From: Mantamonas sphyraenae STR306
Lineage: Eukaryota > Protista > CRuMs
Length of the DNA stretch: 64,000 nt
NCBI GenBank assembly: GCA_026936335.1
Contig: JAPMXV010000062.1
Location: forward strand, 62,001 to 126,000
Direction of reading: 5' to 3'
Position 1 is the first letter of the stretch, and each line of letters starts with the position of its first letter. A program made the position numbers and the translations under genes. Positions 12,851 to 24,498 of the stretch are shown piece by piece. The notes beneath the pieces are model-generated. The model worked only from the letters and a program-made list of their open reading frames with translations, did not search any database and had not been told where the DNA came from.

Positions 12851-14713
12851 ATGTTTTCTCGCAGAGTCGTGCTGCGCCCTGTTCGATACGCCATGTCCGC
12901 CGCTCGTGCGGGCCTGCGTGCAACCGCATCCTCTCAAGCGGGTCGAGCTGCACATGCCGACGTGGCCGAAGGCTCCTGCGGCACGTTTGCCTCCCTTGCC
13001 AGCCACTCACGCGCCACGGCCATGGTCACCCCGGCACGGGGCACTCGTGTAGGGGCCCCTACATTCGTGCACTCACGTGCCATGCCCAGTCCGCGTGGTG
13101 TTGTCATGCGGCATATGTCTGGAGACGCGTCGGGACGCGTGGTGTCAAGCCAAACGGCAGGCAAAACGAGCGCCTGGGCGCTTTTGCTAGCGTCTGTGCC
13201 TGCGCTGTACGCGTATGGCCATGTGCAGGGATGGACGGAGGGCTCACGGATGACCCAGGATGTGTATGCGGAGGAGTTTTACCAGTCACCCGTGCTGTGG
13301 AGCCGCAAGAAGCTTGCACAAGAGGCGAAGCGGACGGGCCGTGTGCTCTGTTCGTTCCAGGACGGCATTTACGACATGACAGACTTTGTGGCACATCATC
13401 CGGGTGGCAGCGTGATTGCAGAGGCGTCAGGGGGCCCCGTGGAGCCGCACTGGAGCATCCTACGATTCCACTACAACAACAGTGCGGTGAAGCAGGCCAT
13501 GAAGGAATACCGCATTGGTACGCTCACGGACCCCGTGGACCACAGCGCAGGAAAGGACCCCTACGAGGACGAAATCAAGGAGCGAAGCAAGGATCCAAAC
13601 ACATCCGACTTTATTGTCTACAACAAGGCCCCATTCAACGCGGAGCGCCAGAGTGACGAGTTGGCGGTGTTGGATTTTACGCCGCAACAGGTGCAGTACG
13701 TGCGCAACCATTCGCCGGTGCCGCTGACCTTTTCGCCCACGGCGTATCGACTGTCTGTGTTGTACAATGAGGACGTGGACCCGCTGTACCGCATGACACT
13801 GGAGGACCTGAAGAGTCACTACGCAGAGACGGAGGTGGTGTCCGCCTGGCAGTGTGCAGGCAACCGACGCTCCACCATGCCCAGCTCCAATGGCACCATG
13901 TGGGTCAATGCCGTTGCCAATGCTCGTTTCAAGGGCATCCGCCTTCGCGATGTGGTGGACGATGCAATCGAATCGTTGCCCGAAGACGCGCAAGCGAGCG
14001 AGCTTGTGGTACGCTTCGAGGGCCACGACGCCTTCAACACAGCCATCCCCGTGGATCAAATCCCCGCAGGGGCACTGCTGGCGTGGGAGGTGAATGGGGA
14101 GCCGTTTGACAAGGATCACGGCCCGGGCTTGCGACTGATCATGCCGGGCAAGAGCGGCTTCTTCTGGGTCAAGATGCCCGTGCGCATGCAGCTCATTCGC
14201 AAGGATTCCATCGATGTCAGCGACGGTCCGTTTGAACCCGTGGATGTGGAGTGGCAGCGTGCGTTGCGTTTGTCGAAATCCATGCAATCGTACCTGATCA
14301 AGCATGACGGCGTGGTGGCCGACTTTGCACACCAGATTCCCGTGCAATCCAAGATCCTGAGTGTGAAGCGTGACGGCAGGTATGCACACGTGCACGGCTA
14401 TGCCCTGGTGGGCGGAGGCATTGGCATCGACCGCGTCTACGTCAGTGTGGACGACGGAAAGACGTGGGAGAAGGCGCGAGTGCGCGAAGTGGTGCGCCAG
14501 CCCAAGGGACAACAGTACGCTTGGGTCAAGTGGAGAGTGACGTACCGCGTGCGTGAGGAACTGGCCGCGTATGCGGACGACAACGGACGGGTCAAGGTCC
14601 TTGTGCGCGCTGTGGATAACCATGGCAACACTCAGCCACGTCATCCGTCTCTTAATGACCGCGGACTCAACGGCAATGGTTGGGATTCGGCCGACATCGA
14701 GGTTGCAATGTGA
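12851..14713 (+). CDS. SUOX: Mitochondrial sulfite oxidase (cytochrome b5 + Moco + dimerisation domains)
   Basis: Arg-rich presequence followed by a hydrophobic segment; b5 motif YDMTDFVAHHPGG; Moco motifs YVRNHSPVP, CAGNRR, DHGPGLR; dimer domain GGGIGIDRVYVSVDDGKTW. Intronless. Confidence 0.92.
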   Translation: MFSRRVVLRPVRYAMSAARAGLRATASSQAGRAAHADVAEGSCGTFASLASHSRATAMVTPARGTRVGAPTFVHSRAMPSPRGVVMRHMSGDASGRVVSSQTAGKTSAWALLLASVPALYAYGHVQGWTEGSRMTQDVYAEEFYQSPVLWSRKKLAQEAKRTGRVLCSFQDGIYDMTDFVAHHPGGSVIAEASGGPVEPHWSILRFHYNNSAVKQAMKEYRIGTLTDPVDHSAGKDPYEDEIKERSKDPNTSDFIVYNKAPFNAERQSDELAVLDFTPQQVQYVRNHSPVPLTFSPTAYRLSVLYNEDVDPLYRMTLEDLKSHYAETEVVSAWQCAGNRRSTMPSSNGTMWVNAVANARFKGIRLRDVVDDAIESLPEDAQASELVVRFEGHDAFNTAIPVDQIPAGALLAWEVNGEPFDKDHGPGLRLIMPGKSGFFWVKMPVRMQLIRKDSIDVSDGPFEPVDVEWQRALRLSKSMQSYLIKHDGVVADFAHQIPVQSKILSVKRDGRYAHVHGYALVGGGIGIDRVYVSVDDGKTWEKARVREVVRQPKGQQYAWVKWRVTYRVREELAAYADDNGRVKVLVRAVDNHGNTQPRHPSLNDRGLNGNGWDSADIEVAM

Positions 14714-14781
14714 GATTTTGAGAACAGAGCGAAAGCCGCAGCAACAAAACCACCGTCTTCATTCCAACAGCCATTTCCCAA

Positions 14782-15803
14782 ATGTTTCGCAGAGTGTCCC
14801 ATGTGCCTGCTGCTTCGTCTCTGACCGCGTCTGCAGTGTACGGTGTGCACGCATCGCCCGCGGCTGCGGGGATTGTCACAGCCGCGCGCGAGAGCGCTGT
14901 TGTGGACGTGGCGGTGCCACCGGTGATCAAGAGGGGACGTGGACGGCCGCGACTGTCTGCAAGCGAGCCAACAGCGGTGACGACAGCGCCCCAAAAGGCG
15001 GCCAGCACGCGGAAGAGCAGCGGAAAGGCAAAGGCGGCAGCAGCTGGAAAATCCGTTGTGGCGCCAAAACGCAAGCGCAGGGCAAAGCGCACGCAGCGGA
15101 AGAGCAGTGCCGCGACAGGGCACCAGGGAAGCATCAGCTATCAGTGGGAAAAGAGTCCGCATGCACGAGAGCACGTGGTGCTGTCTGTGGACATCGGCAC
15201 TCGCAATTTTGCGTACTGCATGATGAACAGGCGCGCAGACGTGTATGAGTGGGGTGTGTGGCAGCTGGACACGTAAGCGGCGGGGCGTTGGAAAAGTGTT
15301 GCCTCTGTGGAGGGCTGAGGAGCTCACACCGGTCACCATCGCATGTGCGCAGGGTGCAACGGAGGACGATTGACATTGATGTGATCCGCGGGCTGATCGA
15401 CTCGAAGGAGCAGTTTGCGCGGGCCAACATGGTTATCATTGAACGACAAATCAAGGGCCAGATGAAGATGATTGAACAATATCTGCACGCCTTTCTGTAC
15501 GGCAAGGCGACGACGGTGTTGCCACGGGTGGTCAAGAAACACCATGGCATCCAGGGAGCCACGTCGTATACAATGTCCAAGCAACGTTCGGTGGACCATT
15601 GCCGCACGCTGCTTATGGATTCGCAGCCAGACGACGATTCGGTGTTGAGTCAGAGCGACGAACTGCTGTCTTTCTACGAGGCGGCCAGCAAGAAGGATGA
15701 CCTTGCCGACTCGTACCTGATTGCGCGCTACTCCATCGATCATTGGACCAAAATGCGAGAGCTGTGCGAACGACCGGGCCACACGTGCGAGCTGGGTGGA
15801 TGA
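14782..15803 (+). CDS. Ydc2/Cce1/poxvirus-A22-type RuvC-fold Holliday junction resolvase, predicted mitochondrial, with AT-hook
   Basis: Catalytic motifs VLSVDIGTRNFAYC, VIIERQ, KKDDLADSYL; presequence-like MFRRVSH; KRGRGRPR AT-hook; intron ~15273-15352 splices in frame. Confidence 0.85.
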
Positions 15804-15855
15804 ATGGTGGAATGAGAAAGTGCATCATTGCCTTCCACGACGACGCTGCACACAC

Positions 15856-17223
15856 TCACGCCTTGGAGGAGACGCCTTTTTGATGGTTGGACTGTGAAAA
15901 TTCACCCTTCCACACATTGGCCATGGCTGCCTCGCTGCCGTTGAGGGCGGCGACGATGGGGCGTACGCCAAAGGCCTGGTCCTGGAGGGCAAAGCCGCAG
16001 AGGCCCAGATAGGAGTGGAGGACGTCCGGGTGCATCTGCGGGTCGGGCCACTTGCGAATGCCACCGACGACAAACTGGGCGCGCAGAGAGTACTCCTGCA
16101 GCTTGTCCCAGTCGGCAAGGTGCAGATAGCCAAGCATGGACAGGGATGCGCCAATCCAGAAAGAGTAGCACGTGTCGGGGATCTTGTTGACTCGTCCCTG
16201 GAACCCGGAAACCTGGCGTCCGAGGAGCCAGCGCAGGAGCATGGCGTGTGCGTGTGAGTCCAAAGCGGTGTCGAGTTTGTCCATGAGGACGAGAGAGGCA
16301 ATTGCGCAGTAGGTGGAACCGCCGTGTGCCTCGAGGTGGGGCCCCTGGGCAAAGCCACCCTCGTAGGTTTGCGATTGTTGGATGTAGGCCAGGGCACGGT
16401 CGCAGTCGACTCCACTCCAGTCGTCGAGAATGTACGCCACCGCACACGCACAGTAGAGGAAGCGCATGTCGGATTCGGATCCTCCCACAGTGGGAGAGTA
16501 GGATCCGTCTTGTTGTTGGAGTGCACGCAGGCTGTCGGACACAGCCTGCTTGTCCACACGCGAGAGATCGTCGCCGAGGGCAAGCAGTGAGTTGAGGGCT
16601 GCGTACGTCATGGTGATGTGTCCGTTGTCCAATGCGTGTGCCTGATTGCTGCTGCCGTGTGTGTTGCCCAGGTAGGTGCCTCCGCGGAAGCCTCCGCTGC
16701 CCTTGCGCTCCTCGCTGGTGGGCACCACCTGCAGGCCGTAGATCCAGTCGATCACCGCTTGCTTGTCCTCCACAACCTCGTCCAGTCCCCCGAGGATGTC
16801 CAGGGCGCTCAAGCAAAAGTACGCTGAACCCACGTGTGTGCCTGTGTCAGCATCCTGTGTCCTTCTGTGGTGGGCAATGGGCACAAAAACACACCCGTCT
16901 GCAGCAAACAACAACTCACCAAGCGTCAGCCGATTGGAGTCCAGCGACGTGTACTGGTACGGCAGCGACTGCATGCAGCGCGAAAAGTATTTGACGTGGT
17001 ACGCCTGCTTGAACTCAGGCACCTCTTCCTCTTCGCTCTGTGTGTTTTGCGTGTGAGTGGCGTGAGCAAGTGTGTGTGTGTGTTGTTGCGGGTCTTTGGC
17101 CCTCCACGCCACACGTTGTCTCCTTAGGCACACCCTCCACAAGACATGCCACGACGTGGATTGCACCCCGTTTCCCATGCACCCATGAGAAGGTCAACAA
17201 CGTCCTCATGTGTAATTCACCAT
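15856..17223 (-). CDS. PGGT1B: Geranylgeranyltransferase type-I beta subunit
   Basis: HVKYFSRCMQSLP, DSNRLTL, ESDMRFLYCA, EAHGGSTYCA, GFQGRVNKIPDTCYSFWIG. Start uncertain; best model is an ATG-only exon (17221-17223, ATG|GTGAAT) spliced to SEEEEV at ~17037. Second intron ~16824-16919. Confidence 0.88.
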
Positions 17224-17297
17224 TTCTATTCGTCGTTTTGCGTTGGCAGCGGCGGCTCGTCTGCCCCTCCCTCTTTGTCGGATCCACTGCCTCTGTG

Positions 17298-17937
17298 TCA
17301 GCCTGCTCGTCTTCCTGCGCCTGCTCCTGCTCCTGCACGTCTTCCTTTGCCTGCTCTTGTGTCTCTTCCTGCTCCTGCTCCTGCTGCTCCTGCTGCCCCT
17401 CTGCTTGCGGTTGCGCAGTGTGTTGTGCAGCTGTAGCTGTGTGTGTGTCTGCCTCCTCCTGCTCCTCCTCCACTCCCCTCTCCTTGCGTGCCTGCGCCGT
17501 GTACGCCTCCAACTTGTCAAGCCGTGAGCTCACGCCCTTGAGCGTGCTATTCACATTGCCCACGCGCTTCTTGCTGGCCTGCAGCTTGTCCACATAGCCC
17601 TGCAGCTCGGGCACGTTGGAGACCTCCATGAAGGCGTCCAGCTCTGTCGCCGCAAAACACACATCCACAGAGCAACACAGTGCGCCACCGGGCACCAAAC
17701 GGGCCGTTGGTGCATGTCCAATGCCACACAAGAACGTGTCAGTGCACTCGGTGGGACACGAGCCTTGTCATAGCTCCCTCTTCTCGGCTCACAACACGTA
17801 CGTTTACTCAAGCGGTCCAGCTCCAACGACAACTGTTCCTGCGACGTCAGGACGCCGTACACACTGCTGTTCAACTGGTCCACCACTGGCTTCAGCATGC
17901 CCATCATCCCTTGTGCAAACTGCTCGTCATTCTCCAT
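17298..17937 (-). CDS. SNAPIN: Snapin (BLOC-1/BORC subunit) with acidic tail
   Basis: FAQGMMGMLKPVVDQLNSSVYGVLTSQEQLSLELDRL...YVDKLQASKKRVGNVNSTL coiled-coil pattern; one GTACGT intron. 3' end uncertain: a one-base correction near 17306 gives a TGA at 17298-17300. Confidence 0.8.
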
Positions 17938-17974
17938 GGTGGTCCGCGGAGTTTGGGTTGACCCACGCTGGGCC

Positions 17975-17989
17975 AGAAACTTCCAGAAC
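17975..17989. promoter_or_regulatory. Perfect three-unit heat-shock-element-like sequence in the snapin/CHD1 divergent promoter
   Basis: aGAAa cTTCc aGAAc alternating nGAAn pentamers in the 100-nt gap between the two ATGs; function not demonstrated. Confidence 0.35.
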
Positions 17990-18037
17990 GCTTCCATCTC
18001 ACCCAACCCAACCACGGCCGAGCAAGTGCAGCCCGGA

Positions 18038-21000
18038 ATGCAGGCCAGCAACGAACAGCAGCAACGACTCATCCAGCTTTGGCAATCCACCAATGCGCAA
18101 CGCACGGCCAAAGGACTTCCAGAAGTGTCGTTTCAGCAGGTTAGTGCACAAGCCCGCCGGGTGAAATTTCTGTGATCGCCGCACCCCACGCGCTGTTTTA
18201 GGCCGCCCCAACCTGCATCAGGGCTATGCCTGCACATTCTGTTGCGCACATACCAGCTGCCATCCAAAGAGGGCTGCATAGCACGATGGCGTGGTCGCAT
18301 GGCAGTCCCCGGAATGTCGATGCGTTCGTTTTGCCGAGCGCAAGGAGGAACGAATTGTTCAAAACTTCCAGGCTGGCGGTACCTCGCTCGTTTTGCCTTT
18401 GTCCAGCCGTCCTGTGCTTCGTGTGCATGCGTACATACGGTGAATGTCTTTACGATGGCTTGCATGAGTGTGAAGCGTGCGTGAGGCTTTTACAGACAGT
18501 GTCCTCGTGTCCTGAGGGACCCTCACCAGCGACTTCCCAGCGCACGTGTTTGTTTCCTGACACCTCACCGCCAAAACTTTCGTTTTGCACCGCTACACCT
18601 GCCCACACGCACACTGGGCCCGTGTCCATTGCCACACATCCTCTCATGACCTATCTGCACAGTTCTACGCGTATGTTTTGCAGCAGCACCAAACGCAGCA
18701 GCAGCAACCCGTGCACGGAAACCAAGTTCCCGCGCACGCGGGCAATGGAGCGCAATTGCACAGCCAACACGCCGCGCAACAACGCAAGAGGCCGCTCCCA
18801 CAGTCGGACGATGGCGAGGATGACGGACAACCCTTGGGCGCCGAGGGGACCAGTGAGGACGGCGGTCAATGGCAGCCACGGCCAAAGAAAAAAGCCAAGA
18901 GCGAGATCTTGCGTCAGGAGTTGGAACTCATGTCCCGCGCTGACGAACGCAGGGGCTCCCTTCGCAAGCGCACCGAACGAAAGAAGTACAACGAGGACAA
19001 TGACGACTTGGATTTCCTCGACGACGACGAGGAGGACATCGAGGCACGCAAGGCCGCCGCAGAGAAGGAACGCATCGAAAGCATCGGCGAACCTGCCAAA
19101 GAACCCACGATTGAAAAGGTGCTCAGCGACCGCTTCAAGGAAGTCGATGGACAGATTGTGCGCCAGTTCCTGATCAAATGGGCCGGCTGGGCACACATCC
19201 ACAACACGTGGGCGTCGTGGGAGGACCTGAAACGCCTCAAGGGCAAGAAGAAGGTCACCAACTACATTAACAGGCAGGACGAGTACGACGACCTCATGGA
19301 ATCGCTGCCGGAGGAGCAGCGCGAACAGTATCGCATTGACGAGGAAATGGAAAAGGAGCTGATGGAACAGTGGAAAGTCGCCGAACGGGTCATCCATGTG
19401 CGACAGGACGAAAAGACAGACGACAACCCCAGTGGCTGGCGCTACCTGGTCAAGTGGCGCGGACTGCCCTACCAGGACGTCACCTGGGAAAAGGCCAGCG
19501 AAGACAAGATTGTCAACTTCAAGGACGTGATCAAGGACGTCATCCGCCGCAACAAGTACCACCAGGTGCAGATGCGTCCCACCATCCAGCCCTACGAACG
19601 CGATCGCCTTGCCTTCCACCCGTTGACGGCAAACCACCCGTCGTGGATCCAGAACGGCCAACTGCGTGACTACCAGGTCACAGGCGTCAACTGGATGATC
19701 GACCGCTGGCGGCGCAACATCAACTGTATCCTGGCAGACGAGATGGGCCTGGGCAAAACCATCCAGTGTGTCAACTTTCTCTCCTACCTCTTCCACATGT
19801 ACCTTTTCAGCGGACCTCACCTCGTGGTTGTGCCGCTCTCCACGATCAACGCCTGGATGCGCGAGTTCAACAAGTGGGCGCCCGACATGTACCCCATCAT
19901 GTACATTGGTAGCGGCGAGAGTCGCGAGATCATCCGCCGCTTCGAGTGGCTCAATCGGCGCACGGCACGTTTCAAGCAGCGCTACAAGTTCCACGTTCTG
20001 CTCACCACGTACGAGATGCTCCAGAACGACAAGGAGTACCTGCAGAACATCCGTTGGGGCACCTTGATTGTGGACGAGGCACACCGGCTGAAGAACCGCA
20101 AGTCGCGCCTGTACACCACGCTGGAGTCGTTCCATTGCGGCAACACGGTGCTGGTGACGGGCACGCCGCTGCAAAACTCCCTGCAGGAGCTGTGGAACCT
20201 GTGTCACTTCCTGGACCCGCGCAAGTTTGACAACTTTGACGATTTCGACTACCGCTTTGGCAACATCACAAGCCAGTCGCAGGTGAACGACCTGCACGCC
20301 ATGCTCAAGCCGCACTTGCTGCGACGCGTCAAAAAGGACGTGGAGACGAGTTTGCCCAACAAGCGTGAGCGCATCCTGCGCGTGCCGCTGAGCAAGCAGC
20401 AGAAGCGCTACTACAAGCTTATCCTCAGCAAGAACTTTCGCGAACTGCACCGTGGCAACGCAAGCGGCAAACGCAACCTGACAAACATCATCATGGAGCT
20501 GAAAAAGTGTTGCAACCACCCGTTCCTCGTGCGCGACGACAACGAGGACGAGGACCACGACAGGGACCAAGAGTCGCTGGAGGCGGACATGGACACTCTG
20601 ATTGCAGCGAGTGGCAAGCTGATGCTGCTGGACAAGCTGCTGGCTCGTCTCAAGGAAGACGGCCACCGCGTGCTGATCTTCTCGCAGATGGTGAGCATGC
20701 TGGACATCCTGGAACGGTACCTGCGTGTGCGCACGTACAAGTTCCAACGTCTGGACGGCAGCATGGCCAGCGAAGCGCGCCACAACGCGATGGTGCACTT
20801 CAACGACCCGGAGTCGCCGGACTTTTGTTTCCTACTGTCCACGCGTGCGGGTGGCCTGGGCATCAACCTGGCGACGGCAGACACGGTGATCATCTTTGAC
20901 AGCGACTGGAACCCGCAGAACGACCTGCAGGCAATTGCGCGCGCACATCGCATCGGTCAGGAACGCACAGTGAACATCTACCGCTTCATCACCAAGGGCA

Positions 21001-22817
21001 GCTGCGAGGAGGACATCCTGCGACGTGCAAAGCGCAAGTTGATCCTGGACCACCTTGTCATCCAGGGCATGGTGGACGCCAGCGGACGGCAGGTGAACCA
21101 GAGCGGAGGGGACGCAAGCAAGTCGTTCACCAAGGATGACCTTGCCAAGGTGCTGCAGTTTGGCGCCGAGGACATCTTTGCGAACGACGGCGCAGAGGAC
21201 GACGACGACGACGTCGACGCGGCGCAAGCCATGGAGAATCTGGATCTGGATGACATCCTGAAGCGAGCGGAGGACATCGAGGAAGAGGATGCAGAAGACG
21301 AAGGAGGAGCATCGGACCTTCTGGGTGCATTCAAAGTGGCCGACTTCACCAAGGGCGAGGCATCTTCCTCCAAGAAGGGCGAGGACGACGAAGGAGATGA
21401 CGACGCCATGGAAACAGAGGAGGATGGCAAGGGCAAGGCTAAGGCCAAGGTGCCGGACGCAGAGTTCTGGCAGAACATCATCCCGGAGCATCTGCGCCAA
21501 GAAGACACGACGGAGGACGAGTTGATCCTGATGGGAGGACGTCGCCGACGTGCAACGCGCAAAACGGAGGAACTGGACGTGGACTACGAGGAGGACGACG
21601 ATTTCGACGCAGAAGCGTTGGCCGCAGAAGCGTACGGATCGACGCGACGACGCGGGAGCCGGCGAGGCGGAGGCGAGAATGGCAGCAGCAAACGCACAAT
21701 GACGGCAAAGGAGAAGGCGGAGGAGAAGGAACGAAAGGCGCGTGAACGTGAGGAGCAGCGTGAAATGAGGCGGCTTGCGCAAGCGCGGGAAATCGACGAC
21801 AAGATGAAGCAATCGCTGGTGCGATCGCTGCTGCGCTTTGGCAGCGTGCACGAGCTGGAGAACATCATTGAGAACAGCAAAGCGCACAGGAAGGACCCGA
21901 CGGTGGTGCGTCAGGTGTTGCTGGACTTTTTGGCAGCTGCGCAGGCGGCGCTGGTGAAGGCGGCGGCAGCGGAGGAAGAGTCACAGGACGACGCAACAGA
22001 GGAAAGTGCAGAGGAGAAGAAGGAAAGGGAAAAGTCAAAGTTTGAATTTGAGTTTGAGGACAAGTCGTTCAACGCACGGGATGTGGTGTGGCGCATGGAG
22101 TCCCTGCGCACACTGCGCAGTTACGCGGTGCGGCTGTGCGGCAACGAAGGAGGTGACGGCGAGGCAGGAGCGGCGGCCATGGACACAGAGTCGAGCAGCA
22201 GCAGCAACGCAGGAGCTGGAGGCAACGGGGTGACCGTGTCGACGGCAGGGGTCAAGGTGTTTGTGCTGCCGGAGGGTGTTCACGGAGGCAGTGCGCCGAG
22301 CTGGAACCCGGATTGGACACAGGCAGACGACTCAAGGCTGTTGCTGATGTGTCTGAAACACGGCGTGGGCAACTGGGACGCGATGAAGCGGGATGCGGTG
22401 AGCGGCCTGGAGCGACAGCTGAAACCGAAAGAGTTCCGCACGCCCGAGACATGGCAGGAACCGCGTTCGTACCACTTGATGACGCGTGTAGACGCAACGC
22501 TGCGTGCGCTGTGGCAGCACGAGGAGGAGGCGGAGGGCAAGTCGGTCAAGAGCTATGAGGACGCGCTTCTGGAACGGTTCCGGCTGGAGGGGGATTCAAT
22601 CAACCTGGCAGAAGAGGATGTGGAGTTGCATGTGCCGGAAGGGATGGTTGTGCGGGATGCCAACGACAGCACGGGAAGTGGAGGGCAGAGCGGCACGGCA
22701 AGCAACGGGGAAACCGACGCCAGCGAGATGGACATGGAGGCAATGATGGAGGAGATGCAGAGCATCATGGCAGGTGGGGACGACGAAGAGTGGGAGCCCG
22801 AGCCGGAAGTGGTGCGC

Positions 22818-22853
<36 letters not shown>

Positions 22854-23352
22854 CAGTAGCACGTACGCGATGTACGCGCAGCAGCAGCAGCAGCGACAGT
22901 ATCAGCAGCAACAGCAGCAGCAGAGGCAATACCAGCAGCAACAGCAACGACAAATGGATGCGACACAGGATCAGGTGCGCACGGTGCAGAAGAACTGTGC
23001 ACACCATCTGCAGCCGATCGGGCAGCATCTTGCTGTCCTGCGACAAATCTCGTCGACGGGCGACTCTGGACCGGAGGCATTGGACAGGATGAAGAAAATC
23101 ATGCTGCAGTGCGGCATGTTTGTGGTGAACCAGATCAAAAAGGTGCAGACGAGCCTGGACGAGCGGTATGGAGCCAACTCTCCCGAATCGGTGCGTTTGG
23201 GACGGCTGTACAACCATGGTATGTGGGCTGTGGCTGCACGCTCGGCCAACATGGCCGTGGATGCATTCTATCGCACCACAGTGAGTGTGATCCAGTCGCA
23301 TCAGGCACAGCAGCGCGCACTGGCGGCAAGTTCTGCGGCGGGCCTGTTGTGA
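18038..23352 (+). CDS. CHD1: Chromodomain-helicase-DNA-binding protein 1 (double chromodomain, SNF2 ATPase, SANT/SLIDE, C-terminal DUF4208-like domain)
   Basis: Two chromodomains (FLIKWAGWAHIHNTW; YLVKWRGLPYQDVTWE), ILADEMGLGKT, DEAH, ARAHRIGQ, SLIDE-like WTQADDSRLL. Exon 1 18038-18139 splices in frame across intron 18140-18662. A frameshift at or in the CAG/AGC tract (~22815-22850) joins the helical C-terminal domain (22774-23352). Confidence 0.93.
22819..22960 (+). repeat. (AGC/CAG)n microsatellite encoding poly-Ser then poly-Gln in CHD1
   Basis: Direct repeat visible; similar AGC tracts at ~1707, 36238, 37545, 37718 and 48930. Confidence 0.9.
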
Positions 23353-23422
23353 TTTGTGATAGTGACGCGAGGAAAATGAACGAATGTGATGTTTGTTGTG
23401 CACTGTGTGTTGTTTGCGTCCA

Positions 23423-24298
23423 CTACTGGGCGAGGGCAGATGAGTAGGAGGAGGAGGAGGAGGAGAGGTTTGCAGCAGCAAGGCCGCCGTCGTCGTCCTG
23501 GTCAAGTTCTGGAGGAGCATCGTTGACCTCTGCGTCCTCGTCGTACTGGAGGGCGTGGTCAATGTGCATCATGCATGCGGCAATGCTCTCCTCGTCGGTG
23601 ATGTCCAGGGGCTGGAAGCTGACCATGGCGTAGTCATCGATGACGGAGGCCATGGCTTCGTTGAGTTGCTTGAAACGAGGCGGCGTGCTTGCAGACAGTT
23701 TGTGTACAAGGAGGCTGGCATCGGCCTCAAGAAAGTCGTTGAGATTGTCCTCCATGTCTTTCTTCTTGATGAGGTCCATTTTGGTGAGGACGTTGATGTG
23801 CGGCAGCTCGAGCTGCACCATGGCGGAAAGACACAGGAGGACGCCGCTCATGAAGCGGGAGGCATCGGAGAGGAACTGCGAGTCGAGGAGATAAACACCC
23901 ACGACGCGGTAGCCAATGCGCTGGATGGCATCGACCAGGGAACGCATGACGGGCACGTGGGAGTACAGTTCGATTTGGCCGGGGCAGTCAAACACCACGT
24001 AATCCTCCTGGTAGTCACCCAGCTGCTCCTCCAGCCAGTCAATGTTTTCCAAAAGGTATTCGAGACAAAACAGGAGGCCTCCGTTGGGGCCCAATTGGCA
24101 CTGTTCCATGACGTCGGCGACGGTGATGAGATCGCGTATGTCCACACTCGGCGTGTACTCGAAGGACTCTGCAGCCGGGTCCAAGTTGATGATATGTACA
24201 CTGCGGTTCATAGTGCTTGCGTACTCGACAATGGTGCGTGTGTATGTGCTCTTGCCTGAGCCTGCAGGGCCCATGACGAACTGCGCAAGTTTGCCCAT
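23423..24298 (-). CDS. GPN3: GPN-loop GTPase 3
   Basis: AQFVMGPAGSGKST, NLDPAAE, LGPNGGL, FDCPGQIELYSH, LPHINVLTKMDL; intronless. Confidence 0.95.
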   Translation of the reverse strand: MGKLAQFVMGPAGSGKSTYTRTIVEYASTMNRSVHIINLDPAAESFEYTPSVDIRDLITVADVMEQCQLGPNGGLLFCLEYLLENIDWLEEQLGDYQEDYVVFDCPGQIELYSHVPVMRSLVDAIQRIGYRVVGVYLLDSQFLSDASRFMSGVLLCLSAMVQLELPHINVLTKMDLIKKKDMEDNLNDFLEADASLLVHKLSASTPPRFKQLNEAMASVIDDYAMVSFQPLDITDEESIAACMMHIDHALQYDEDAEVNDAPPELDQDDDGGLAAANLSSSSSSYSSALAQ

Positions 24299-24498
24299 GG
24301 TGAGGTCCGGGTTCGAAGTGTTGGGTCATCGAGCGCTGATTTCGATTTTCCCTCCATGGATGGATGAGAGCGCAGGACAGGTGGAAGCGTGGATCGGTGC
24401 AGGTGCAGTGTGGGTGAGTGGAGTTGTGGAGAGGCGTGGGGCAGGGAGAACTGGAGAAGCGCCCAGCGGGGCAACTGCAGGAGCGCCAAAAGTCAAAG

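Noticed and set aside
17015-17300. Snapin-GGTase fusion or overlapping ORFs
   Set aside because: A single G restoration gives a snapin stop at 17298 and a typical 74-nt spacer before the GGTase ATG.
18646-18662. Frameshifted start ATG[G]AC for CHD1
   Set aside because: Better explained by the CACAG acceptor at 18662 spliced in frame to exon 18038-18139.
22851-22859. TAG read-through or TAG=Gln reassignment in the CHD1 CAG tract
   Set aside because: The conserved downstream domain is in a different frame (AGT AGC = Ser), so a frameshift explains it. TAG and TAA act as normal stops elsewhere (GPN3, FKBP).
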